64,000 bases of DNA, taken from Antedon mediterranea. Lineage: Eukaryota; Animalia; Echinodermata. Positions within the stretch are counted from its first letter, which is position 1. Each line of letters begins with the position of its first letter. The DNA lies in assembly GCF_964355755.1 (NCBI RefSeq), contig NC_092673.1:22503648-22567647 (forward strand), given 5' to 3'. Both the position numbers and the translations under genes were made by a program. Below, piece after piece: positions 43,101 to 54,400 of the stretch. The notes beneath the pieces were generated by a model, which saw nothing but the letters and a program-made list of their open reading frames with translations, was not told where the DNA came from and searched no databases.

Positions 43101-45148
43101 TTACTTTCGCTCGCGACGATTTTCCAGACGAAATGTAATCAAACTAATTTACCTGTTAATTATGTAAACTTGTTGCTTTTGGCTTGAATTTTCGACTTAA
43201 AGTGAATAACTTTAATATTACTTTGATATGGCCAATTTAAATTTAGAATATTTTGACCTTCATTTTTGTGTGTTTCAAGGGACAATACATCTAAGTATAT
43301 ATTATACAGTATAAGGTCATTTATGGATTGTTGGTACAGGTATGTCTCATTATTTTTTTTCAGTGTCTTTTTCTTTCTTTTCCTTTTTATTTCCATTCAC
43401 ATATTAAATCATAAACATACATAAATAATCATAGTATAAAACAAAAGAATGTTAGCTATCAGAGAATAGATTCATCAGGTTTGTTTGAAATCCAGAGAAG
43501 TAATATTAGTTAAATGTCAAAACCAAAACACTTTTTCAAGAAATCTACGACTGCGAAAGTTTACGGATTTACGTCATAGTTTTGTTTTGACAAACTAATA
43601 TTACTTCTCTCAATGTTAGCTATGAAAACAATAAAACTGGAATAAAAAACAATGGAAAAATAAAATACATTGCAGCATAAATGCTGTATTTGTTTTCCAT
43701 TTGATATATAAAAGTGCATAGCAGTAACCTATAATAATATTATAATGAATAGGTTATTAATAGTTTAAAATATGTCTTTGTTTAGAATACTTGTGTGAAG
43801 AAACACTAACTCACCAGTCCATAAGTTACAGTGCAGTATGGAAAACTAAACACACAATAAAACCAAAAGTAACTGATAACAGTTAGTATATCAATTGTAA
43901 AAGATCCTGTTTTACCCTGTTACTATGGCAATAACTTGCAAGTCATGCGTAAACTTTCAAAACAATAGTTTGTAGGAATGCATTGGGTCAAATAAAGCAT
44001 TAAATCACTGCCAATGGGAACAGTAGAACTTATGGTTCCGCTTTAAAGGTATAGTGTAGGGATTTTAAGATTTAAATTGTAGAAATAACTTCACTGGTCG
44101 TATAATAAATACTATCAAGAACCAATCTGTATTGTTGTCTAATTAATTTTGTAATTACTCTGCATAAGAATAATATAAATTGCTTTCATTTAGACCTGCA
44201 CTAGTGCTTTATATAGATGTATTATTGTTCTCCAAATACATGAAAAATGTAGATCAATAAAAAAAGACTATGAATAGGCCATTTCGCAGTTTTAATAAAT
44301 TTAAATCACATCTGTAGAAAAAAAAAATTCTTAAAAAGACAACATTTATGGATAAATTCAACATTTAACCAAAAAAACTTTAAATTACACTTTTTTCAGG
44401 TAAATAATTTTTGGTCAAAAGTAAATAAATATGGTGACATTAAAATGACAATATTCAACAAAACATTTAAATTAATATATTTTAATATATCTTTAAATGA
44501 TTAAATATCCATATTTCAGTTGGAAAATATATTTTATGAGATTATTGTTTCCACAGACTCTATTCCACCTAATTTTGTTTTAACAAGGAATAGAAGGGCT
44601 AACAAATCAATAGTCTGTCAAAAATAGTTCAATTTCTAAAACATGAGTAGCGTGCACACATGGCACTTCTAGAAGATGAAATGGCACATTAATAAGACAT
44701 TATTTCCAATATTATTTTAAGTTGATAAAAAAAAACTTAAGCCTACCATCAAGGTTTTTAATGTTGTTTCATCAACTTTTTTTGTGGACGGATGTTGATT
44801 ACTATTTTGCATAAAAGTTTCGTTTTGGTAGAATTGTTGACTGCCTACATTGTCACAATCTAAGTATGGGTTCGTATCGTCAATATCATCATCACTATAG
44901 TATTCTCCAGTAGCAAGGGCAGCCCCTATACGGTGCTTACTCATGCTAGGCCCAGGGACTTGCTGGTAAAGCAACACCACAGGAGCCGTTGCGGCCGCAC
45001 TGGTGGTAGTCGAAGTGGTAGGATCAAACAGGTGCTGCCTCATCGAAAAGGCGATTTCTTCCACGCTAAGATCATAACTTCCAACTTGTTGAGCCACTGG
45101 CTGGATGCCCTGAAATGCTGGGGTACTTGAGTACTGCATTGTGTCCAT
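22115..45148 (-). CDS. KIAA1614: KIAA1614-like protein: long Ser/Arg-rich disordered region plus C-terminal Par6-type PDZ domain, ~1014 aa
   Basis: Exons 44747-45148, 36465-37293, 34479-34554, 31998-32162, 31058-31710, 30507-30747, 25001-25178, 23640-23734, 22700-22914, 22115-22305; all GT-AG with consistent phases (3045 nt). C-terminus RKVGRLLQLNEDGTQVIELVKPPSGPFGFYIAKG...GVFVTRL...GLIHVGDEILSINDVAVSG resembles recalled KIAA1614 ([29 protein letters not shown]). Symbol from memory of the family; PDZ call is more certain than the name. Confidence 0.75.
23831..24561 (-). mobile_element. Internally deleted piggyBac-like element
   Basis: TTAA on both sides, 14-bp TIR CACTTTCACCGCCA, subterminal repeats (ccgtctttggcggt x2), and acidic peptide MCFTADEAIAEIFADSDSENE (24232-24319, minus) typical of piggyBac transposase N-termini. 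Confidence 0.75.
26860..27280. repeat. (ATG/ATA)n-rich microsatellite with ~40-bp higher-order units
   Basis: atgatgatgaatattatgatttaaagatgacgataacaacca repeated, decaying into (gat)n. Confidence 0.85.
29852..29990 (-). mobile_element. Fragment of the same family as the 51818-54710 element
   Basis: Reverse complement of ~52190-52320 (ctcgatggtatataaagttggttcgtactttcggtact...ggttcaacgattt). Confidence 0.75.
38054..41014. mobile_element. Non-autonomous TA-TSD DNA transposon with ~800-bp TIRs containing ~300-bp internal direct repeats
   Basis: TA|CTCTAGTAGCTAGATCAACTTTCG... at 38054 mirrors ...CGAAAGTTGATCTAGCTACTAGAG|TA at 41014; arms ~38054-38870 and ~40200-41014; AGGTCA/TGACCT-rich subterminal repeats. 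Confidence 0.85.
42746..43292. mobile_element. Kolobok-like non-autonomous element, copy 1
   Basis: TTAA|AGATGTATTGTCCCT ... AGGGACAATACATCT; highly similar to 57450-57985. Confidence 0.75.
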
Positions 45149-45229
45149 AACTACCTTAGTTTCATTTTATTGCAGTCATTACTGTACCTATTATTACCGT
45201 ATTTACCAAATCCATTGGGTAAGAAATCG

Positions 45230-45365
45230 AAGATCAATTTAAGTTTGAACATGGCGTCGCGGCATTGTTGCTACTCAACTGAATTACTGTACTTATGCAA
45301 ATACTAGTCTATCAACCAATCAGAAGCCGTTGATTGGGCTTTTCCCGAAGTTCTTCGCCATAATG
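45230..45365 (-). promoter_or_regulatory. Promoter of the KIAA1614-like gene
   Basis: YY1-like CGCCATGTT (minus; ~45249-45257), two opposed CCAAT boxes (AACCAATCAG ~45314, GATTGG ~45332), local CpG enrichment ~100-200 nt upstream of the ATG. Confidence 0.5.
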
Positions 45366-46539
45366 TCAACAAATGTAACGTTAATTGAATTCCAATATAA
45401 TCGATAAAGTTGATTAATAATACAATATTTCGTTTATTTGTTGAAATGATATACTGTATACGTAATATATGTCATTAGAAAAACGAAACAACAAATAATA
45501 TTACATTTAATTTCTGCGATGCTGTCACTAGAAAATAAATTCTTTAAAATAAAAACTTTTTAATCTAGTACAGTAAAAAATGAGAATTATATATTTATTT
45601 TATTTATATTCAAGATGCATATGGTACATAATTTTATTAGAACGTTTATTTAATAGTTGGTTTGAAAGAAGAGCGACCACATCTTCATCTTTTTTTCTAA
45701 GTATAATCCCACTCTCTGATTTATTCCATATAAACAAGATCTGGTAAATTCAATTTGTATGTAAAATATACTTACTTACAAAACGCTGCTAATTTCTACT
45801 TAATCGCACCACTTATTTTTCGCCAAATTTTGGAACCAGGCCCCTGGAACTATTATTGGTAAATATATTTATATAGGACAGTTTTTTTTCTTTCTTGCAC
45901 ACCAATAACAATAATAATTGTTGCGCTTATAAGACGTGATCTGCACACACATCATTTTGAAATGGCAGCACATTAGATGATTTTGTTCATGGAGTCAAAA
46001 AGATGTATCTAAAGACAACTGGTAGCCATTAACTAAAACATTTTAATGATAGATTAACCAAGCAGATTGTAAATGGATCAATCAAGGATGTTTCATTTTT
46101 GGTACACACACTCTCTTGTTAAGACAACTACCGTACCAATGTTTGTTTGTTCATCATTCAACAGACTTTATCAATCTCTCACCTACTTCATACTACTGGT
46201 ACTGGGGGACAACTTCTTCCCCAACTATCTGTGTTATCCTAAAGATAAGCTCTCATATATGCCATCAGATCCAAAAATGAAAATATTGACGTAAAAAATC
46301 AAAATGTATCATCTTTATTATTGTTTAGCCTGTTATATTGCTTATATTTTATGTTCTATCATTTTTCTAAAACAGCTTTGAATTAAGTAACTGGTATCTC
46401 TGTGGACATTTATCATTGAATTATTTAAGAAAAAGATACATATAAAATCATTATACTTTAATATATAATTTTTAACAATTCGACAGATAACACTTCAATT
46501 GCTGATTGTAATATGCTGCCCTCTATAAATAGTTGTTTT

Positions 46540-49500
46540 TTATGATTGGTTTTCTTTGATTAGGGACTTGAGCGTGTCTAATGAACCATTCCGTATACTT
46601 TCTCTCAACTCATGGAAAAATTCAAAATAGTGATGGAAATTATGTCTGTAGAGAAAAAAACATAAAAATATGCATTTAAAAATATTGTAAAAAACAAATA
46701 AAAATCACCACACATATAAGCAATACACATAATATATACAACACGTGGAAAAAATCAAAATAGTGATGACAATTTTGTCTGTGGAGAAAAAAGAGCATCA
46801 AAAGATGCATTAAAAACATTGTAAGAAAACAAATAAAAATCACCATTTCTTTAAAAACAGTTCTTTAAATGTGGTCATTAAAAAAAATAAACTTTTTATA
46901 AGACAATATACTCAATATTGTTATACTATACTACAATTGTATATTGTGTTGACTAAGAAAATGTATGTATTTTTTTACACTTACAACATAAGAAGTAGAG
47001 GCCCTAATAGCTCTTTTGTTCTCAGTAGGTGATTGATGTAGGCTCTGGTGTGATTCTGGCAAGCGTAGCATTCACATAATTCAATTAATGGTTTGAAATC
47101 ATCAAAATACCTGAAAATAAATAAAAAATTACTTTTTGTTACATTGCATTATTTGCTTTTTAGGCAGAGGTCAGTTCCTGCAATCAATGCCAAAGCTGAC
47201 TCAGTAGCTCTTATGTACATTCTGCAGTTACAACATTTTTGTTCAGACAAGCGGCCATGAACTTACAGCGCAGGACGGTAACACCAAATTGCTGTTCGCA
47301 TATTTCAGCCATAGCTGTTTTGGTTTTTCAAATGTGGCCTAGGATAAACTACTTGTCATGAGATATCTGCCAGGCTTTTTGTAGCAGACTGGCTGTGTAA
47401 TCACAAGGAATGGTGCATAATCAAAGATCATACAGGAAAAAGTCTTTCGACAGTAAATATATTTTTAAACTCTACCTTTGTTCTCGCAAGTTTATTTCAA
47501 ATTCAGTTTTCTCACATGCTTCTGTACTTTTACTATCAAATGGAACACTTCCCATGAAGCTCTCAAAAGTGCTTTGTTTACAATCATCAGAGTCGTCTTT
47601 GTCATCCTTACTTTCCAAGTCTAGCCCTTCGCGCTTCTTGAAAACAAAGGCGAAGGCACAACCTCTTTCAGTAACTTCATATGGAAATCTGATACTTTTG
47701 ACTAAGAAAAACATATGATTAGACTGGTAAAAATAAAAGAATTAAGTGAAAGTATGTACAGTAGCATAATAATTTAATACATTGTATCATTAAACCTTGA
47801 AAAGAAGCCCACAGGCTTTTTAGGACTTGGCTGGGCTTCTTTTTGAGTCTTCCCAATGTATTTGTTACTGAATTAATTCATTCTACGAAAAATAAAGGAT
47901 ACGATGAATCGAATATGTCAATCCCTGCTTCAACAGCATTTATGATGTCATCAGGGCGTCCTATACCATTCACCAATCGTGGCTTTTCCTCTGGTAACTC
48001 TTTCTGAAATGAAGGAATGTTTTAAGTTTTAAATGCTCATTTTATTGAATTAAACATTTTAATCACTTTTTATAAGAAACTTTTCTATTCAAATCTGCAT
48101 CACTAAACAACACTCTCAAGATTTGTTCAAACCTGGATGCAATGTAACGATGTAGGCACAACACAAGCTGACCAATCACAGCAAAAGTTTGGATGGTCTA
48201 TCACATTATGATTGGTCAAATTACTATTTTTTTCTCTTTTGTAGGGAAACCCCACTTTTATTACAATGCATATTTAAATAAATTATATGATATCAATAGC
48301 ATTAATAGATTATAGATAATACTTTAGTATTGTGTTGAAAATCCCTATGTCTAAATACGATAAAACAAGGAAGTATTTATATTAAAGAACATTAAAGGTA
48401 TAAAGATTTCCATTCAGTAGAGTACGTTTAGGTATGATTTGTGGCAAACAAGCTTTATAAACTTATTTTTCAATTATTGCAATTGATATATTGTTTATCA
48501 AAAAATAAAAAAATGAAAACACAGGAATTTTGTTAATCATATTTTAGAAAACAAAATAAAACAAACCACAATTTGTGACATAAGCTTCCATCTGGCCTCT
48601 TCTTGCATCATGGATCTCTGAAATCCATCGAGCACAAAGCCTGCCACTGGACGTTTTGCAATCTCCCTCGTGCAGTACAACCGATCTTCATGTAAATCTC
48701 CTCCCACTAATACACCAAACAATTTGGAGTTTTTCAAATCCTTTAGAAAGAAGAAACACAAAGTTCTCTTTTAGTTTTTATCAGTGATACTATGGATTCA
48801 TAAATTTGTTAAAGGATAACAACAGATTGCTTACACAATATGACAAGGCTTATAGTTTTGTAAAATCCAGACAAACAGCAGTTGGTGCTATAGTTTAGAT
48901 TTAAGGCCCATTTACACTAGGGCGATAATAGATAAACATACATTTTTCTTGCATAAAACAAAAGACACAGAATCTATGTGGGACAAGCTATGCGGTATTC
49001 TGCTTACCATTACCACTTATCTGTGTAAATTGGCCTTGCCCTTAAGCATGCAAGCGGTCAAGCTACAGTAAACCTCTAATTTATTTTTGAGAAATTTGTT
49101 TACTTACATCACTTTCTTCATGAATTTGTAAACACTTGTCAAGAAAGGTTAAAGTTCGATTGATTGACTTTTGAACTCTCTTCCTACTGCATCCAGGTGG
49201 TGTGTCTCCATCATACAATGCGTTGTACCAGTCTGGTTTGAAGGACTTCTGAATTGACATATACTTTTCAACTTGTAGCTACAATATACAAATGAAGAAG
49301 TCTCTGATATTACACAGTAAAATAAAGACAGTCATACCATAATCTATTGCCTTTTGAGGCTCACTCGCTCCATATTTCTTCTCGGATAAGGACTATATTA
49401 AATTGTAGGTCCAGTATACACAATAATACTTGTGTGCACTTTAAAGAACCAAATACATCTCTCGATGCGAGTAGTGGGTGTACAAGCTCACACATCCACG

Positions 49501-50570
49501 GTCGTGGACAGACGTAATAGCAATGTTAGTTGACAGCCGGTGACCCTAGGGGAGAAGAATGGCATTGAAATGGTGTAACATCTAAGCCCACCGTGCCCTG
49601 CTATTGTGGATATGCCACCACATAAATCTTCATTATCATGTAAATACAAGAACATGATTGGTCAAAATGGCATCACATGACTTTTAAAACTTTATCATAA
49701 AACATTTTGGCTTCATTGTAACTCATACCTTCATCCTTCCAGCTGAAACCCATATTGACACGGATGATTTATCATTATATCCACTTGCTATTTGAACACC
49801 AGGGTCGTGTAAGGATAAATAGTGTAATGTGTCTGTATCACCAATGAAATTACCTATCCCACCTGGACTCCCATCAACTGCATCTTGACTTTCAGCACTA
49901 TTACAAACAAAAAGAATATACATTGCTTTCTTAAAACATTTTCTATAAGAAATTCTTATGTTTGTTTAAAATATTGCAATACAACAGGACACTCCTTCTA
50001 GAATTGTTCCACTGGTGAATATTATTACCAGACTTGTACATAAACAAACACCCATCTCTATATTGTGTAACCAACACATGTACAGAGCATGTAACATACA
50101 CCTGTACAGATACAGTATATGGTATTAAGCTCTGTCTACACTATCAAACTAGTTTGACAAAAATAAGTGTGATGTGTCCAAATATGGTAGTGATATGACC
50201 TCATGTCCATATGGGCACATCACATTTTTTTTTCACATAAAGTTTGATAGTGTAGACAGAGCTTTAGAAAACTGGTTTTTTTTTTGCATCTGGGAATAAA
50301 TTAAGCACAAAAATATACTTTATAGTTTTCATAATTAACATTAACGACTAAACATCCTTACACTTACAGAGTTGGTAAGGTCAGTTGAGTAACTGGTGGT
50401 AACCTTTTAAGTGTGTTCTTGACATCATGTGTTAAGTGAGGTGGTAGACCGCATCTTGTATACAATAGACAACACGGTGTCTCCATAGAAATTTCAGCAT
50501 GACGACCGACTTCTGTCAACTTTCCTAACCTGCTGCCGCCACTGTTTACTAGAGATAGAATCAACTTCAT
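46540..50570 (-). CDS. QTRT2: Queuine tRNA-ribosyltransferase accessory subunit 2, ~420 aa
   Basis: Exons 50368-50570, 49729-49897, 49108-49278, 48567-48740, 47903-48003, 47476-47688, 46985-47110, 46540-46645 (1263 nt). Motifs [57 protein letters not shown], zinc site CECYAC...[10 protein letters not shown]...HNFHHY. Confidence 0.95.
47689..47902 (-). other. U12-type (minor spliceosome) GT-AG intron in QTRT2
   Basis: 5' splice site GTATCCTTT exactly where protein homology requires a junction (DSS|FPY); 3' end TTTTTCTTAGTCAAAAGTATCAG has no polypyrimidine tract next to the AG. Confidence 0.8.
50128..50263. mobile_element. PIF/Harbinger (Tourist-like) MITE family A, intact copy
   Basis: TIR AGCTCTGTCTACACTATCAAACT / AGTTTGATAGTGTAGACAGAGCT, TTA TSD; further copies at ~15574-15700, 18888-19015, 19716-19830, 58200-58350, 62567-62712. 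Confidence 0.8.
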
Positions 50571-51267
50571 GTTTTCTACAATAAAAAAAACAGGTTTGTT
50601 TATAGAGAAAATTAAAGATGAACAGGGTGAAAATAAAAGATGTCCCTATCATTGACAACTGAAATAAGAAAGTCTATGTTCTCATTTAACATGGAATTTC
50701 GATTTGGGTGCACAATTGAAGTGTGTCAACATTTTTCTCTTACTTAAATCCTAATCCTACTATTATTAGATTTAAAAACCAATTTTAAATCACATATAAA
50801 TAATTTTGATCATAACTGAAGTGCTGCAGCAAGGCGATGTCACAGAGAAAAAATGTACTACCAGTACCGGGATCATAATAGACTATGGGGCCAAATTAGG
50901 GCCTAGCCTAGGCCCAGCTAGCATACACTCTATCTAGGCCTACTACTACCCTAATAATATTAATAGTATACAAGGCCTAGCTGAACCCTGTCAGTGTTTA
51001 AAAACACTGACCACTATACCTAGGCCTAATTAGGCTAGGCTAGCCCCAGCAGTATAGTCTAGAGGAGGCCTACCTACTCTAGTAGGCCTAGGCTAGCTGC
51101 TAAACTAGCTACTAGAGACTAGTAGTACTAGTAGTAGGCCTAGAAGTAGGCCTAGCTAGGCTCTAGGCTAGGCCTACTTCTTCGTTGGGCCTGGCCAAGC
51201 CTTATATAGAATAGATAGAATGTTTATGATTAATTTCGTAACCATTTCCATAAAATAAAATGCTTAC

Positions 51268-51471
51268 TTCCTTTATGATGAGTTCTTCTACACTTAAAGA
51301 AGAATTTTCATTTTTCTGACCCCAAATTTTCCACGTGTTTTTGTTTATTTTTTGTTGTTTAAACTAAAGAGGGCGTTTTCTGATTTTGTTGGTGGGAGGT
51401 TAAATTTCTGAATTTGCGATTGATTCAATTTTCTTAAAAAATAAATATTAAATCAGAGCTAAATTCTAATT
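51268..51471. promoter_or_regulatory. Bidirectional promoter QTRT2 (-) / ABHD16A (+)
   Basis: QTRT2 non-coding exon donor GAA|GTAAGC at 51268/51267 (minus) lies ~200 nt from the ABHD16A ATG at 51472; E-box CACGTG ~51332; CTAG/AGGCCT tracts on both flanks. Confidence 0.7.
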
Positions 51472-54400
51472 ATGGCCAGTTTACGGGGCTGTATATTTGG
51501 TCCTAAATTGTATAGAATACACGCCGGTGCTGTCTCATCTCGGGTATGTTGCTAACAAATTGTATTGAGTAATAAAGACCTTGTCCGCCTAGGCTAGGCC
51601 TAGCTACCTAGTAGGTAGCTTTTATATACTACGGCAATCCTAGCCTTGGCCCTAGTCGATCCTGCAGAGGGGAAATGTAGTACAGCCTAGGCTATACGAC
51701 GCTAGTTCCATTTCGCACCTGTCTTTTATCTGGACTCCAAATTCTAAGTAACCTTAGAATTAGGCTTCACAATTTAATTAGGCCTGGCCTAGCCTAGGCC
51801 TAGGGCCTAGTACTTTCGGCGCTAATGCAGTTTCGTACCCACCCCTTAAAATTACTCAAAATCTTCATCCAACCTACTCACGAGTTGTCTACAGCATTCT
51901 GCAATCATAAAATTGTAAAAAATCGAAATTTTTTTATTTAAAACTATTTTTAATCAATTAATACTGAGCACCCTTCGGAAATACATCGCCAGCTTAGCTT
52001 CGCGAAAATCATCGCTAGGCCTGCCGATAAAAGTACGGAGGCCTCACAGGACATTAACTCTATTAATAGAGTAAACAGTTGCGTTCTATAGAGGGCGTAG
52101 TTACTAACGTTTAAAGCACGCACCAAATCTATATATAAATTTACGTAAGGGCAAAAATCGGTAAATCGTGCGTTATTTCTAGAATGTTTACTCGATGGTA
52201 TATAAAGTTGGTTCGTACTTTCGGTACTAATTTTAACCACCTGATGTAACCCTGTTTACTAATTAAATTGAGTTCGATAATTAGTTATTGACGATTAGAA
52301 CGAATTTAGGTTCAACGATTTGCCCCAAATAGGGGTGTTTTCCGATTGTGGTATACACTGTCTAATGGATGTCAATTTAAAAAATACCCGCACACAATAA
52401 TACGAGGACACTTCGCATTTTCCTATCTCCTCCTACAATAATTTTTTTTAATAGCTGAAAACCGGTTGAACAGTTCGAGTACAGCATCATAATGTTGAAG
52501 ACAGGCCGTTTTTCTTTAAAAAATGCTATCTTGATACATGTAATATACGTTTTTACAAATGTATTGATTTGTGATGAATGGAACATTCCAAATTATTTGG
52601 TTTAACCATAGAGGTATAGATTTAGATTTATGGGCCCCCTTGGAGAATAAACATAAATAGTATTGCAATGCACTTTTGATCGCAATTTGAATCGCAAATT
52701 TCTTACTGTGAGTGTTGGTACTGTTAGATATAATATAAACAAATATACAAATAAACTTTATTACTGTGAGTGTGGGTAGGTCCTACTGTTAGATTATAAA
52801 CATATAATATACAAATAAATAAACGTTATTACTGACAGTTGCTTCTCAACGTTTGTATTAATTAATAATTTAAAAATATATAAACGTACGTAGTGGTGTA
52901 TCGTTACATGTACTTTACTATTTCAATCGACTATGACAGTGAGAGTTTTAACAAAGTATTAAATCGTAAATGTTTTACTGTATTTAGTGGTATATTATTT
53001 ATAGGCCTATAAAACATTAAAAACAATATTTCGTTACTGAGTGGATAAGAATATATTTTAAAATGTTTCCTCTTTGTACCTATCTTCTTCCCCCATCCCT
53101 CAACCCTTAATGTTACATACAAAACACAAATTGGGTTTGTTTAAATGAGTCCAAATAAAAAAATTTGACTCATTTTGTTTCTCTCTCGGAAGTAATTCCC
53201 AGGGTGCTAATTTTAGCTGACTACATAAATCATCGTGTATATTTATTCGTTTCTGTAAAACGACAATGTATTATAGTCCTGCAGTACGTACATTTGAAAT
53301 CTCCATTTTTTTCTCGCTTGAAAATACTGTGTATTCGAGAACCATCTGTCGGGGCACGACCTAGATGGTACGCGAGCGAATCTCCATTTTTTTCTCGCTG
53401 GAAAATACTGTGTATTCGAGAACCATCTGTGGGCACGACCTAGATGGTACGCGAGCGAAGCGAGCGTGCCATCTAGTAATTATAATTTTCATTATTTCCG
53501 ACATGCGTTTCGTATTTTTAATAAAGAAAAGAAATACTATACAATTGCTGTATTCATCATTGTGGGTATCATCATAATTATGTTATGTTTTTAATTTGTT
53601 CTTTCATTTTACTATTAGAATTTCACACAGAAAAGAAGATAATAAATATGGAACTGCTGACTCTTGAAGATATAAGTACTACTGACCAATTTTCCTCTGT
53701 TTTAGTTTATTTTACATTATGGTTTGTAGGTCAAATAAATAAATGAAATGAATAAAAAGAATTACAGTACTTCATTCCTGAGTTACATTGTTAATGTTAT
53801 AACACAATAATCAAGCTATGACGAATTAATTGTTTTAGTATTTGTTATCACTAGCTATACTAGAAACGCTAATGGTTTCCCTGTTTTAAGATTTTATAGA
53901 AGTATATTAATATTAATTAACATTTTTTATGTTTTTAATTTGTTCTTACATGGAAATAGGAAATGCAACAAAAACAGAAAGATATAATTTATTGAAATGT
54001 AATGTACAGTAATACAATAATTATAATAAAAATGTTTTCCATCAATTACTAGAATTTATTTTACTTCTGCTGACACTGAATACATCATTTCATGTCTTTC
54101 ATAACTTCTTTTTTATCTTCTTTCCTGTTGTGTTTATTAAAATAAAATCAAATAAAACATTAAATAATGAAGCAACTATTCATTAATTTATTTCAACAAT
54201 ATTTTATGAGGGTGGTCCATCCAGCCGAAGCTGATCATTAGGGACCCTTACAAAAAATATAATTTGACAAGACAATAACACACAATATTCAAAATAAATA
54301 GAATTTCTAAAAATTAACAACATAATTAAACACAAAATATTTCTTTATGAAAAAAACTTAAAATCCGTTTCACGAGGAACATGTAAAAAATATTTTATTA

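Noticed and set aside
47111-47475. Telomerase RNA or antisense coding exon in QTRT2 intron
   Set aside because: No CTAACCCT template; all three + frames after the tttag acceptor-like site hit stops.
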